From assembly GCA_964016885.1 (NCBI GenBank), contig OZ024743.1:164238001-164302000 (forward strand): 64,000 nt of DNA, in the 5' to 3' direction. The position numbers and the translations under genes are program-made. This DNA comes from Eledone cirrhosa (lineage: Eukaryota). This document shows, piece by piece, positions 26,440 to 37,768 of the stretch; within the stretch, counting starts at the first letter, position 1; every line of letters begins with the position of its first letter. Under the pieces are notes generated by a model. That model made no database searches. It had not been told where the DNA came from and saw only the letters and a program-made list of their open reading frames with translations.

Positions 26440-29400
26440 TCAGCATGTACCCATGGGAGGTCGGGTACCCTGTATTACTGCGTGACGCCAGAAGTCACGG
26501 TCGTGTGTCATTGACTTTGAGAGGTGTAGTTGGGTAAGGTCGGCTTTTATCACCTCATCCCAAGTCATCTTGGGTCTCCCCACTCCGCGGTTTCCATCAA
26601 CTTCTAGTGCTCTGCACCTTTTTATGCAGCTGTCATCCTTCATACGCATCACATGTCCATACCAGCGTAACCGCCTCTCCTGCACGCAGCATTTGATTCC
26701 TCTTATGCTCAGTCTCTCTCTCAATTCATTTATGCTTTGTCGTTCACGTATATTACTGTTACACATCCATCGGAGCATGCAGGCTTCGTTTCTCTCTAAT
26801 CTACGTAAGTCTTCCACCTTCAGCGCCCAGGTCTCACTACCATGCAACATCGCTGTTCGGATACACGCATCATACAGTCTGCCTTTCATTCTGAGGGAGA
26901 AGCCTTTTGCAGCTAGCAGTGGTAGTAGTTCCCTAAACTTCTTCCATCCCGTTCTTACCCTAGTTATTGTACTTTCTGAGCACCCACCTCCGTTGCTAAT
27001 TCGGTCACCTAGGTAGCAGAAGCTGTCTACTGTTTCTACAGGGCCCTCCCAGAGATTGGTGGTACTTGTTTCCTGTGGCTGTTTGCTTGCTGTTTCAGCA
27101 CAGCTGCTGCATGTGAATCCTACATTCTTAATTAAGCTTCCTGAGATCCCGCTACATCTCTTGTGTACCCATTGTTTGCATTTGGGGCAAAGAATGGAGT
27201 TCCTACCTACACCTTTCCTACATACTGAGCAAGGCCATTTCCCTGAGGGGATCTGGGTTCTGTTTTCTCGTCTACTTATAAGGACCTTAGTCTTTGTCAT
27301 GTTGACTTTGAGGCCCTTTCTCTCTAGTCCCTGCTTCCAGGTTTGGAATTTATTCTCTAGTTCTACCATAGATTCAGCTATGAGTGCGAGGTCATCAGCA
27401 TACAGGAGTTCCCATGGGCATCCGGTCTTAAACTCCTCCGTTATTGCCTGCAGGACTATGATGAACAGGAGAGGGCTAAGAACAGAGCCCTGGTGGACCC
27501 CAACCTGTACGCTAAATTCCTCGCTATACTCATTGCTAATCCTAACTTTGCTGACTGCTCCCCTATACATGGCTTGTACCGCTTTCACAAGCCATTCATC
27601 TACTCCTAGTTTTCTAAGAGCCCACCAGATTACTGCACGTGGAACTCTGTCAAAGGCTTTCTCAAGGTCGACAAATGCCAAGTAGAGTGGCTTACTTTTA
27701 GCTAGGTACTTTTCCTGTAATTGCCTCACAAGGAAGAGCGCATCAGTGGTGCCTTTCCCTGGTACAAACCCGAATTGCATCTCGTCTATATTCACCCGGT
27801 CCCTAATCAGCTGTGCTATAACTCTTTCTGTTACTTTCATGACCTGGTCCATCAACTTTATACCTCTATAGTTTCCTCTATCTAGTGCATCGCCTTTACC
27901 TTTGTAGCAGTTGACAATGATGCTACTGCACCAATCTTTTGGTATGGCCCCCTCTAGTATTACCTGGTTAACGATACGTGTGGTTATAGTGTGACCTACA
28001 GACCCAGATGCCTTCAGCATCTCGGCAGCTATACCCGATGGACCGGTTGCCTTCCCTATCTTCATATCTCTGATTGCCTTACTACGCTGCCGCTGACTTG
28101 TACTGCTGGTCCCTCTATAGGGTCTACGTGGGGTAGGGTCTCTTCTTCCCATGCATTCTCCTCATTTAGTAATCTATCATAATGACTCTTCCATGCATCT
28201 TTCTTCTCAGCACTTGTGAGGGCAAGCTCACCTTTATCATTCCGGATACACTTCTCTCCAATGACATCACAACTATCTCTGACACACTGCCTCGCAATCT
28301 TGAATACCTCCTGTTTCTGGTCCTCACGTTGTAAAACATGCTTGAATTTTCTATCCTCTGCTTCCCTCCTAGCTAAGTATACTTGTCGCCTAGCTTCCCT
28401 CTTGGTCTCTATGTAATGTACCCTGCTCCCCCCGTTCTTCCATTCTTTCCATGCCTGTCTCTTGGCCTTGACTGCTTCATCTACCTTATTGTTCCACCAC
28501 CAAGTCACTCTCCTCCTGCTTGAGGTCTTACTCCAGCCACAAACCTCATCCGTCGCCTCTAGTAAGTTATTTTTTAGGAACTCCCAGTTCTCTTCTACGT
28601 TAAATGTCTCTATCTGTTCTTCTTTACTGTCGTAGGCGTTGAGTAAAATATCTTTAAATCTGTTACTGGTTGAGGGGACTTTCAGCTTCCAGATCTTTCT
28701 TCTCCAGGTTGGCCTCTGTTTCAGGGCTCGTCTAGTTCTGACCGTGAGGTCGCTGACAACTAAGCTATGTTGGGATGTACATTCCTCACTAGGGAAGGCT
28801 TTTGTGTTTACGACCGTCCATCTGTCACGTCCTCTGATGAGGATAAAATCTAACTGACTAGAGTGCTCCCCTGATCTATAGGTGATCAGGTGGTTGTCGG
28901 GTTTTTTAAAGTTTGTGTTACATATCGACATGTCATTGGCGTCGCAGAATTCTAGAAGTCTGAATCCTTCCTCATTCCTTGTGCCAACTCCATGGCCTCC
29001 ATGTACTCTATTGAAGCCGTCGCAGTGTTTACCTACGTGTCCGTTAAAATCTCCTGCAATGATTAGGAAGTCCTTGTCGTCTGTTAGAGCAGTAGTGTGT
29101 ATTAGGGACTCGTAAAACCTATCCTTAAGTTCGTCTGGCAGCCCCGATTGGGGTGCGTAAGCTGATATTATTGTGGTAATTGTCTTATTCAGGACTAGTC
29201 TGAGTTTAATGATTCTTGCATTTACCCTGTACACTGAGATTACTTTATCTACCCACTTGTCAGCTAATAGTATACCTACACCACCCATCCCATCGTCATT
29301 TCCCACCCAGAAAAATTTGTAGCACTGGCTTTTTCCTACAAGGACTCTAGCAGACCCTCCTCTCCATCTAGTCTCTTGCACACAGCATACATCAACTTCC

Positions 29401-29555
29401 TTTCGCTCTAGCATTTCTACGATTTCTCCTGCTCTTCCTTTCATTGAGCCTACATTGATGGTACCAACTCGGAGTTTTGGGCATTTGTCGACACTCGTAG
29501 GGGAGGGTCTCTGGGTTGGCGCTTCACGTGGGTGCTTGGTAGCTCGCAGATTCAT
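26440..29555 (-). pseudogene. RTE ORF (APE endonuclease, RT, PHD-type finger), ~1040 aa, one frameshift near 28081
   Basis: ORF 28062..29555 (NVGSM, QETRW, AYAPQ, GDFNGH, SQH) and ORF 26440..28152 (NYRGIKL, DLEKAFD, QGSVLSP, YADD); no internal stops. Confidence 0.92.
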
Positions 29556-29795
29556 ATTTCATCTATTGATTCAGAGTTGCTCGTGTATTCCCAGCTCATC
29601 CATCCATAACGGTGGGAAAATTGAGGGCTAGAAGAACAGTGGTGGTGGGGTAATGGCAGGGTGTGTTGGGATGCGCCAGAGGAGGAGAGAGTTAGTTAGG
29701 CAGGTAGTAGCAGCAGCAGTGGAAATGGCATGCTAGGTTTGATTGGTCGAATAGACTATGGTGGTGTGTGGGGGTGGGGGGGAGGGAAATTGTGA

Positions 29796-31546
29796 GGTAG
29801 GAACTGAGGGTCGCATGGTAAATATCCAAGTTAATACTACATCAGTAAAATTAACAATAATAACGTCATGAAAAAAGCTACTAAGAGAAACCCTCGAAAA
29901 TTTATCGCTAATACAGCAGGGAAAATTTAACGCTAATACAGCAGGGAACATCATAATATTAACGACAATATGTAGGCTAAAATACCTTCGTAGATTAGAT
30001 GGATGGCTGGCTGGGAAAATTGGAATCAGCTCTAGTGGTACATTTTAGCAGAGAAGAATGGGAAAGTGTCTTATCTCTTCAATATTTTCAGATTGAATGA
30101 ATTAGGTTAAAGACAGGGTAGTAAGCCTTAAAGAAGTGCATAGAGAGGGGGGGGGGGGTAGGAACTGAGGGCCGCATGGTAAATATCCAAGTTAATACTA
30201 CATCAGTAAAATTAACAATAATAACGTCATGAAAAAAGCTACTAAGAGAAACCCTCGAAAATTTATCGCTAATACAGCAGGGAAAATTTAACGCTAATAC
30301 AGCAGGGAACATCATAATATTAACGACAATATGTAGGCTAAAATACCTTCGTAGATTAGATGGATGGCTGGCTGGGAAAATTGGAATCAGCTCTAGTGGT
30401 ACATTTTAGCAGAGAAGAATGGGAAAGTGTCTTATCTCTTCAATATTTTCAGATTGAATGAATTAGGTTAAAGACAGGGTAGTAAGCCTTAAAGAAGTGC
30501 ATAGAGAGGGGGGGGTAGGAACTGAGGGCCGCATGGTAAATATCCAAGTTAATACTACATCAGTAAAATTAACAATAATAACGTCATGAAAAAAGCTACT
30601 AAGAGAAACCCTCGAAAATTTATCGCTAATACAGCAGGGAAAATTTAACGCTAATACAGCAGGGAACATCATAATATTAACGACAATATGTAGGCTAAAA
30701 TACCTTCGTAGATTAGATGGATGGCTGGCTGGGAAAATTGGAATCAGCTCTAGTGGTACATTTTAGCAGAGAAGAATGGGAAAGTGTCTTATCTCTTCAA
30801 TATTTTCAGATTGAATGAATTAGGTTAAAGACAGGGTAGTAAGCCTTAAAGAAGTGCATAGAGAGGGGGGGGGGGGTAGGAACTGAGGGCCGCATGGTAA
30901 ATATCCAAGTTAATACTACATCAGTAAAATTAACAATAATAACGTCATGAAAAAAGCTACTAAGAGAAACCCTCGAAAATTTATCGCTAATACAGCAGGG
31001 AAAATTTAACGCTAATACAGCAGGGAACATCATAATATTAACGACAATATGTAGGCTAAAATACCTTCGTAGATTAGATGGATGGCTGGCTGGGAAAATT
31101 GGAATCAGCTCTAGTGGTACATTTTAGCAGAGAAGAATGGGAAAGTGTCTTATCTCTTCAATATTTTCAGATTGAATGAATTAGGGTCATGAAAAAAGCT
31201 ACTAAGAGAAACCCTCGAAAATTTATCGCTAATACAGCAGGGAAAATTTAACGCTAATACAGCAGGGAACATCATAATATTAACGACAATATGTAGGCTA
31301 AAATACCTTCGTAGATTAGATGGATGGCTGGCTGGGAAAATTGGAATCAGCTCTAGTGGTACATTTTAGCAGAGAAGAATGGGAAAGTGTCTTATCTCTT
31401 CAATATTTTCAGATTGAATGAATTAGGTTAAAGACAGGGTAGTAAGCCTTAAAGAAGTGCATAGAGAGGGGGGGGGGGTAGGAACTGAGGGCCGCATGGT
31501 AAATATCCAAGTTAATACTACATCAGTAAAATTAACAATAATAACG
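29796..31546. repeat. Tandem array of ~357-361 bp near-identical units
   Basis: Unit starts at 29797, 30158, 30515, 30876 and 31478; a deletion junction near 31186; units differ mainly in poly-G length. Confidence 0.95.
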
Positions 31547-32083
31547 TGTGTATATGTATATATATATATATATATATATGTATATGTATATGTATGTATG
31601 TGTGGATGAAGGTATATGTGTATATATAGGTGTAAGTGCACTAAATCCTTTTCTATCACGCTCCACTCTCCTACCCATCACAGGAAGATATATGTGTGTG
31701 TATATTGCTTCCACCCCCTCACTGACCAGCAGCTGGCGATTGCTAAATCTGACCTTTATAAAATAACCCACACCCCAAATAACTTCTCATTCACTACCAG
31801 AAAGGGACACAGCAGTCAACCTGTTGTTGCTACCTAGATGAAAACTGCTATGAAATCCCACAATGAATTTTATACTTGAATTTTCAAGTCTCAAATTTTA
31901 ACTCTTCGTATTATTAATTTTTCTTAATATTAATCAACATTTGAAAAGATGGCTTTTGCAGACCCATCGAAACCGGTCATTTTTTATACCCTTTATTATT
32001 TCCTTACCTTATAAAATTATGTTTTTTCACAAAAAAGTATTCTGTCTCTTATATATTCCATGTGCCATTACCAACCTCAATTT

Positions 32084-32090
<7 letters not shown>
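31546..32090 (+). repeat. Right arm of the ~540-bp inverted repeat (degenerate hammerhead at 31939-31980)
   Basis: TTGAAAA-GATGG...CCATC-GAAACCGGTC; ends in (TA)n. Confidence 0.95.
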
Positions 32091-32147
<57 letters not shown>

Positions 32148-32148
32148 T

Positions 32149-32493
32149 GGAGGCACATGGCTTAGTGGTTAGAGCATTGGGCTTGCAATCGAAAGGTTGT
32201 GAGTTCAATTCTCAGACCGGGTGATGTGTTGTTTCCTTGAGCAAGACACTTTATTTCACATTGCTCCAGTTTACTCAGCTGTAGAAATGAGATGATAGGG
32301 TCTGGGGTCTCTATCATTCCACTGCAAAGTGGTCGTGGAGGTGCCACGGAAAAAAAGCACCCAGCACTCACTGTAAATGAGGTTGGTGTTAGGAAGGGCA
32401 TCCAGCTGTAGAAATCAAGCCAGAAACAGTTCCCGTCCCACCCTTGCAAGCAGGGAAAAGTGGACGTAAAATGATGATGATGATGATGATGAT
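32149..32493 (+). mobile_element. tRNA-derived SINE with RTE 3' tail
   Basis: A box TGGCTTAGTGG, B box GTTCAATTC, central TCCTTGAGCAAGACACTT, 3' part matching the LINE 3'UTR, (ATG)n tail; a 5'-truncated copy lies at 33736-33950. Confidence 0.9.
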
Positions 32494-35007
32494 ATATATA
32501 TATAAATACATGTGCATTTCTGTGTATGTGTATGTTCTTTCTCAATGTCAGTAAATTTGTATACATGTGTCTGTTTGTGCTGACATTTGTAAGTGTGTAT
32601 GTTGTATACATGTGTCTGTGTTTGTGCTGACATTTGTAAGTGTGTATGACTAAAAGTTTCATGCTTTCGCATATGAAGTTGGGTATGCATTTGTATTGTG
32701 TATCTGTATGTTTGATCGTTCGTGTTGTGTGTCATCTATAATTGCAATAATTTTTTTTCTTCTGTATATATGAAGTATGTGTGTTAGTATGCATATATAA
32801 GACAGCAAACTGGCAGAGTCATGAGAACGTAGTCGTTTTATCTCTCTACTATCTGAGTTCAAATACCGCCATGGTCAACTTTGCCTTTCATCCTTTCAAG
32901 GTCGATAAAAAAAAAATGCCAGTCAACTACTAGGGTCGATTCTTCCTCTATATCTCTTTCTCAATTCTACTCCCTCACTCTCTCTCTCCTTTGAAAGAAA
33001 TCTGCTGTGTTCAGATCTGGAGAGGAGATGGGCTCCACCAGGTTTTAAAATGCCCTAGAAATGCTGTATGTTAATACACTGCCCCTATGACTCCATCAGG
33101 AGTTATGGGACTTTACCTTATCTCATCATTTTCTAAGCATATATATGTGTGTGTGTTCATTGTTGAGTGTGCATTTGCAATATGTACGTATGTTCATTTG
33201 TAATATATCTGTTTGTCGATCGCAACCTCTCAAACGGAATCAAAATTCGTTTACTGAAGACATTTGTCTGGTCAATGCTTCTTTACGGCTGCGAATCGTG
33301 GATTTGAGTCTACTGAGATGTATTTCTATCGCAGAATACTCAGGATCTCGTACTTCGACTGAATAAATAATGAAGAGGTTTTGAAGAGAGTGCAGATGGA
33401 ACGTGAGATACTGCTTACTATTAAAAAGAGACAACTAATGTTCCTAGGACATACCATTAGAAAAGGCATGCTGGAAGGTCTTTCCATTAGCGGAAAAATT
33501 CCTGGGAAGCGTGCCAGAGGTCATCAAAGGAGGTCCTTCTTTTGACAATTGCAACATCAAAGTTGCAGAAGTATAGGATCTTGCCCGAGTTCAAACTACG
33601 TAGAATGTTATGGTTTGTCATACTGTGATGGCACAAGAAGAAGAATGCCTTTATTACAAACTGGTTTTTTGTTAGTTCCAGAGTAACAAACATAGATAAC
33701 CATTTATATGTGTGAGTATATAAATATAAACACACAGTTTACTCAGCTGTAGAAATGAGTTGATAGGACTGGGGTCCCTGTCATTCCACTGCAAAGTGGT
33801 CGTGGAGGTGCCACGGAAAAAAAGCACCCAGCACTCACTGTAAATGAGGTTGGTGTTAGGAAGGGCATCCAGCTATAGCAATCAAGTCAGAATCATTTCC
33901 CGTCCCACCCTTGCAAGCAGGGAAAAGCAGACGTAAAATGATGATGATGATACGGTCACACAAGTATAAATATATTTACACAAATACACACACAGACACA
34001 CACACACACACACATACAAGTGATATAAACCCACACTCACACAATAATAATAGCCAATATGTGTAGACAATTCACTACACATATACTCACACAAGTGTAA
34101 CACATCTTAGAACACTGGTCGCTGTTTTCTATAGTTTGTTTCTATAGGTTGTTTTCTTCCTTCCTCAGTCATTACATAGATATGTGTGTATGTAATAATT
34201 ATGTTGTCTAATGTGACTGTATGTGTAGAAGTGTGTGTGTGTTTGTAATTGTATTGTCTATGTATTTTTCCCTTCCAAAGTGTGACTGATAAATATATAT
34301 AAACAAACACACATTGGCTTTTATTATAATTGATGATTGTAAAGTTGTTAGTGATAGGGTGTCCATCCAGATGACTTCTGCCGAAAAGAAAGCTGCAATA
34401 TTAAAAATAGTTGCAGAAATAGTTATAGAAAGTGCCAGCTCGGAAAAGGGGATGTAAAATGGTGATGATGAATATTGTTTTGATATTGTGAAAATTCTCG
34501 GTATTCTCATGATCGGTAGATTGGCAAAAATGTTAGAGTATAGAACTAAATAGCTTGCCGAATTTAGATGGAATTCCTTACATTCAGTTCAAGCCCAGCA
34601 TGAGTCAACTTTGCCATTCATTTTTCTGAGTAGGTGGGGACATTCAATAAAATAAAGTGCCAATGAATTACTGGGATCAAGTTAATCATTGAAACCCTTC
34701 TCCCAAATTTATGGCCTATATTAGAAACTATTATTATTACAGGGTAGTGGGTTGGCAGAATCATGTGAGGGTCAGACGCCATGCTTTGTAGCATCGAGTT
34801 ACGTCCCTTTACGGTCTGAGTTCAAATCCTGCTGAGGGATTGAGTTTTATTCCTTTGCTTTTCATCCTTACGGTGTTGATAAAATAAAGTACCAGTCACG
34901 CACTGGGGTTGATTTAATCAACTTTCTCCTCCCCCCAAAATTGCTGACCTTGTGCCTACATAAGAAACCATTATTATTATTATTTATATTTAATGTCTTT
35001 GAAACAG

Positions 35008-35218
35008 CTACCTTGCAATCAAGCAGGTGCAAGATGCAAGTCGGTGCCTTACCAAACGAACAGACCATGTATGTATGCGTACAGCTGCTCATATCAGCCT
35101 CTTAGCAATGGAGAAACAAAATGGACTGTTGCTGGCTCAGCGAGTCATCCACCAATACCTCCAGAAAATGCAATATCAAGAAGCTTACAATTTCACTGAA
35201 GAACATAGTAACTTGAAG
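35008..35218 (+). CDS. GEMIN5: GEMIN5 exon 3 of 7 (phase 2 to 0)
   Basis: ACAG/GTATGT. YLAIKQVQDASRCLTKRTDHVCMRTAAHISLL...HSNLK matches recalled [30 protein letters not shown]. Confidence 0.92.
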
Positions 35219-35726
35219 GTATGTCACTTTTCTTTTGGAAATTCCACCTTCTCCCATAAAGTACCTTTGCTTCTGGTAGCTGCTGGGTTCATTATTATTA
35301 ACTCTTTCATTAACCCTTTAATTAAAAAGCCAGTGAAAGCCAGCTCTCGTTCAATGAAAAAACAACACCCATTTTAAATAAGAACCTTACATTAAGTTAC
35401 TATCTTAGTAACGAAGTAATTAATAATGTTAGTAAATCTCTCAAAATTCTTCATTAATTAATTAAAATAGACTGTATTTAATTAGAAAGGGTTAACGAAT
35501 TTTGAGCTAGTTTTTGAAAACATTGTGACAATATAATAATATTAATTGATTAAAAACCTAAACAATGTGTGAAAAAGAATTAAACATTGAGTTTTATTCC
35601 TAAATTTTTCATTCTAAAAGACTAATCAGTGAATATAAGATCTGTATTCTTTTAACTATCGAAGTTTGAAAAAGCATAAGCTTTAGTTGAAGTCATCCTA
35701 AAAACTGTTAGAAGTTGAAGGAACAG

Positions 35727-37768
35727 ATCATCATCATCATCGTTTAACGTCCCTGTTCCACGCTTGCATGGGTTTGGACGGGGGTTTTCCCACTTGAGGC
35801 AAGAGTGGTTGTCTTGCTCGCATAGGACTGTCTGGCGGGTTTTCTACAGCTGGATGCCCTTCCTAACACCAACCACATTTACAGTGTGGGGCTGGGAGGT
35901 TTTTACCGTGCTGCCTACACGGCCACATTACAGCGTGGACTGTCTGGCGTGTTTTCTACAGCTGGATGCCCTTCCTAACACCAACCACATTTACAGTGTG
36001 GGACTGGGAGATTTTTACCGTGTTGCCTACACGGTCACATTACAGCGTGGACTGTGTGTTTTTTTGTCGTGACACCTACACGATCTCGTTTGTTTCGGCC
36101 TGGATGTTGTGGCACCAACATAACTTTGCATTGAAGGGGGCGGTGTGGATGGGGTGGGACGGGGGTGTATTTCGTTAGAGATGCCTACTGACTAGTAGGT
36201 TTTACTCTGTATTTAGGTGAGGCGGGTCTTCTCTGTTACTGAGTACCACCAAAGGTCTCGGTCCAGTGACATTGTCTTGGAGAGGTGTAAGTGTGTGAGG
36301 TCGGAATTTATCAGCTCGTCCCATGTTTTTCTGGGTCTGCCTACTCCGTGGCTACCGTCTATCCTTATTGCCCTGCACTTTGTTATACAGCTGTCGTCTT
36401 TCATGCGCATCACGTGACCATACCAACGTAGCCTTCTCTCGAGTAAACAACATCTGATCCCTCTTATTTCTAATTTTTTCCTTAGTTCGTTTATGCTTTG
36501 CCGTTCACGTATATTACTATTACACATCCAGCGGAGCATGCAAGCTTCGTTCCTCTCTAGTCTGCGTATATCCTTTGCACACAATGCCCAGGTCTCACTG
36601 CTGTGCAACATTGCTGTTCGTATGCAGGCATCGTATAACCTGCCTTTCATTTTTAGGGAGAACCGGTGGTGGATTGGCAGTATCGGTGGAGGGTCGGACG
36701 CCATGCTTTCCAGCATAGTTACGTCCCTTTACGATCTGAGTTCAAATCCCGCCGAGGTTGACTTTGCCTTTCATCCTTACGGGGTCGATAAAATAAAGTA
36801 CCAGTAATGCACTGGGTAATTGCTGGCCTTGTGCCTAAAGTAGAAACAATTATTAGGGAGAACCCTTTAGCGGCTAATAGTGGTATAAGCTCTCTGAACT
36901 TTTTCCATCCAGTTCTGACTCTAGCTACTGTACTTTCAGAGCACCCTCCCCCACTGCTGATTTTGTCACCCAGGTAACGGAAGCTGTCCACTATTTCTAT
37001 AGAACCCTCTGCGCAATTGAAAGAGTTAGTATTTTGTGGGCACTTGCTGCTACTTATTGCACCAGAGCACCGGCCACATGTAAAATCTGTGTTCTTAGTT
37101 AGCTTACCTGTGATCCCACTACATCTTTTATGCACCCATACTTTGCATTTGGGACATAAAATGGAGTTTCTACCTACGCCTTTCCTACACACTGAGCATG
37201 GCCATTTCCCGGAGGGGACCGGCGCCTTATTTTCTTTCCTACAAACTAGAACTTTAGTCTTAGCCAGGTTAATTTTAAGGCCTTTTGATTCTAGGCCGTG
37301 CTTCCATGTTTGGAATTTCTTCTCTAGCTCGGCCATTGATTCAGCTATGAGCGTTAGATCATCTGCGTATAGGAGTTCCCATGGGCAGCTGGTCTTGAAC
37401 TCCTCTGTTATAGCCTGAAGGGCAATAATAAATAGTAGGGGGCTAAGAACAGAGCCCTGATGGACACCAACTTTTACGCTAAACTCTTCACTATATTCGT
37501 TGTTAATTCTAACCTTGCTGACTGTTTCTTTATACATGGCTTGTATAGCTCTCACAAGCCATTCGTCAACACCTAGTTTTCTAAGAGCCCACCAGATAAT
37601 GGAACGGGGGACTCTGTCGAAGGCTTTCTCCAAGTCGACAAAAGCTAAGTATAGGGGTTTACTTTTAGCTAGGTACTTCTCCTGTAGTTGTCGTACAATG
37701 AAAAGAGCGTCTGTGGTACTTTTGCCTGACACAAACCCGAACTGCATTTCATCTAGATCAATTCTCTC
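35727..37768 (-). mobile_element. 5'-truncated RTE LINE (RT, PHD finger, 3'UTR)
   Basis: ORFs 36719..37813 and 36213..36716; (CAT)n tail. Confidence 0.92.
36665..36852 (+). mobile_element. Nin-domain tRNA-derived SINE inserted in the LINE
   Basis: GCCTTTCATCCTTACGGGGTCGATAAAATAAAGTACCAG core; 12-bp TSD TTAGGGAGAACC (36653-36664, 36853-36864); relatives near 8645, 9960(-), 34742, 38915, 39333, 42525(-), 49289. Confidence 0.9.

Larger units (their letters stand above)
26136..31546 (-). mobile_element. Full-length RTE-clade LINE with tandem 5' array
   Basis: APE-RT coding region, 3'UTR and (ATG)n tail at 26136-26152. Confidence 0.9.

Noticed and set aside
28060-28152. Programmed ribosomal frameshift between two LINE ORFs
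   Set aside because: No slippery heptamer seen and RTE elements encode APE-RT in one ORF; a small deletion or sequencing error is simpler.
26570-29115. Plus-strand ORFs of 63-209 aa
   Set aside because: Antisense shadows of the RTE ORF.
29733-31033. Repeated 69-75 aa ORF MMFPAVLALNF
   Set aside because: A by-product of tandem units; its C-terminus changes with poly-G length.
32149-32225. tRNA gene
   Set aside because: A and B boxes run straight into the SINE body and LINE tail; multicopy, no complete cloverleaf.
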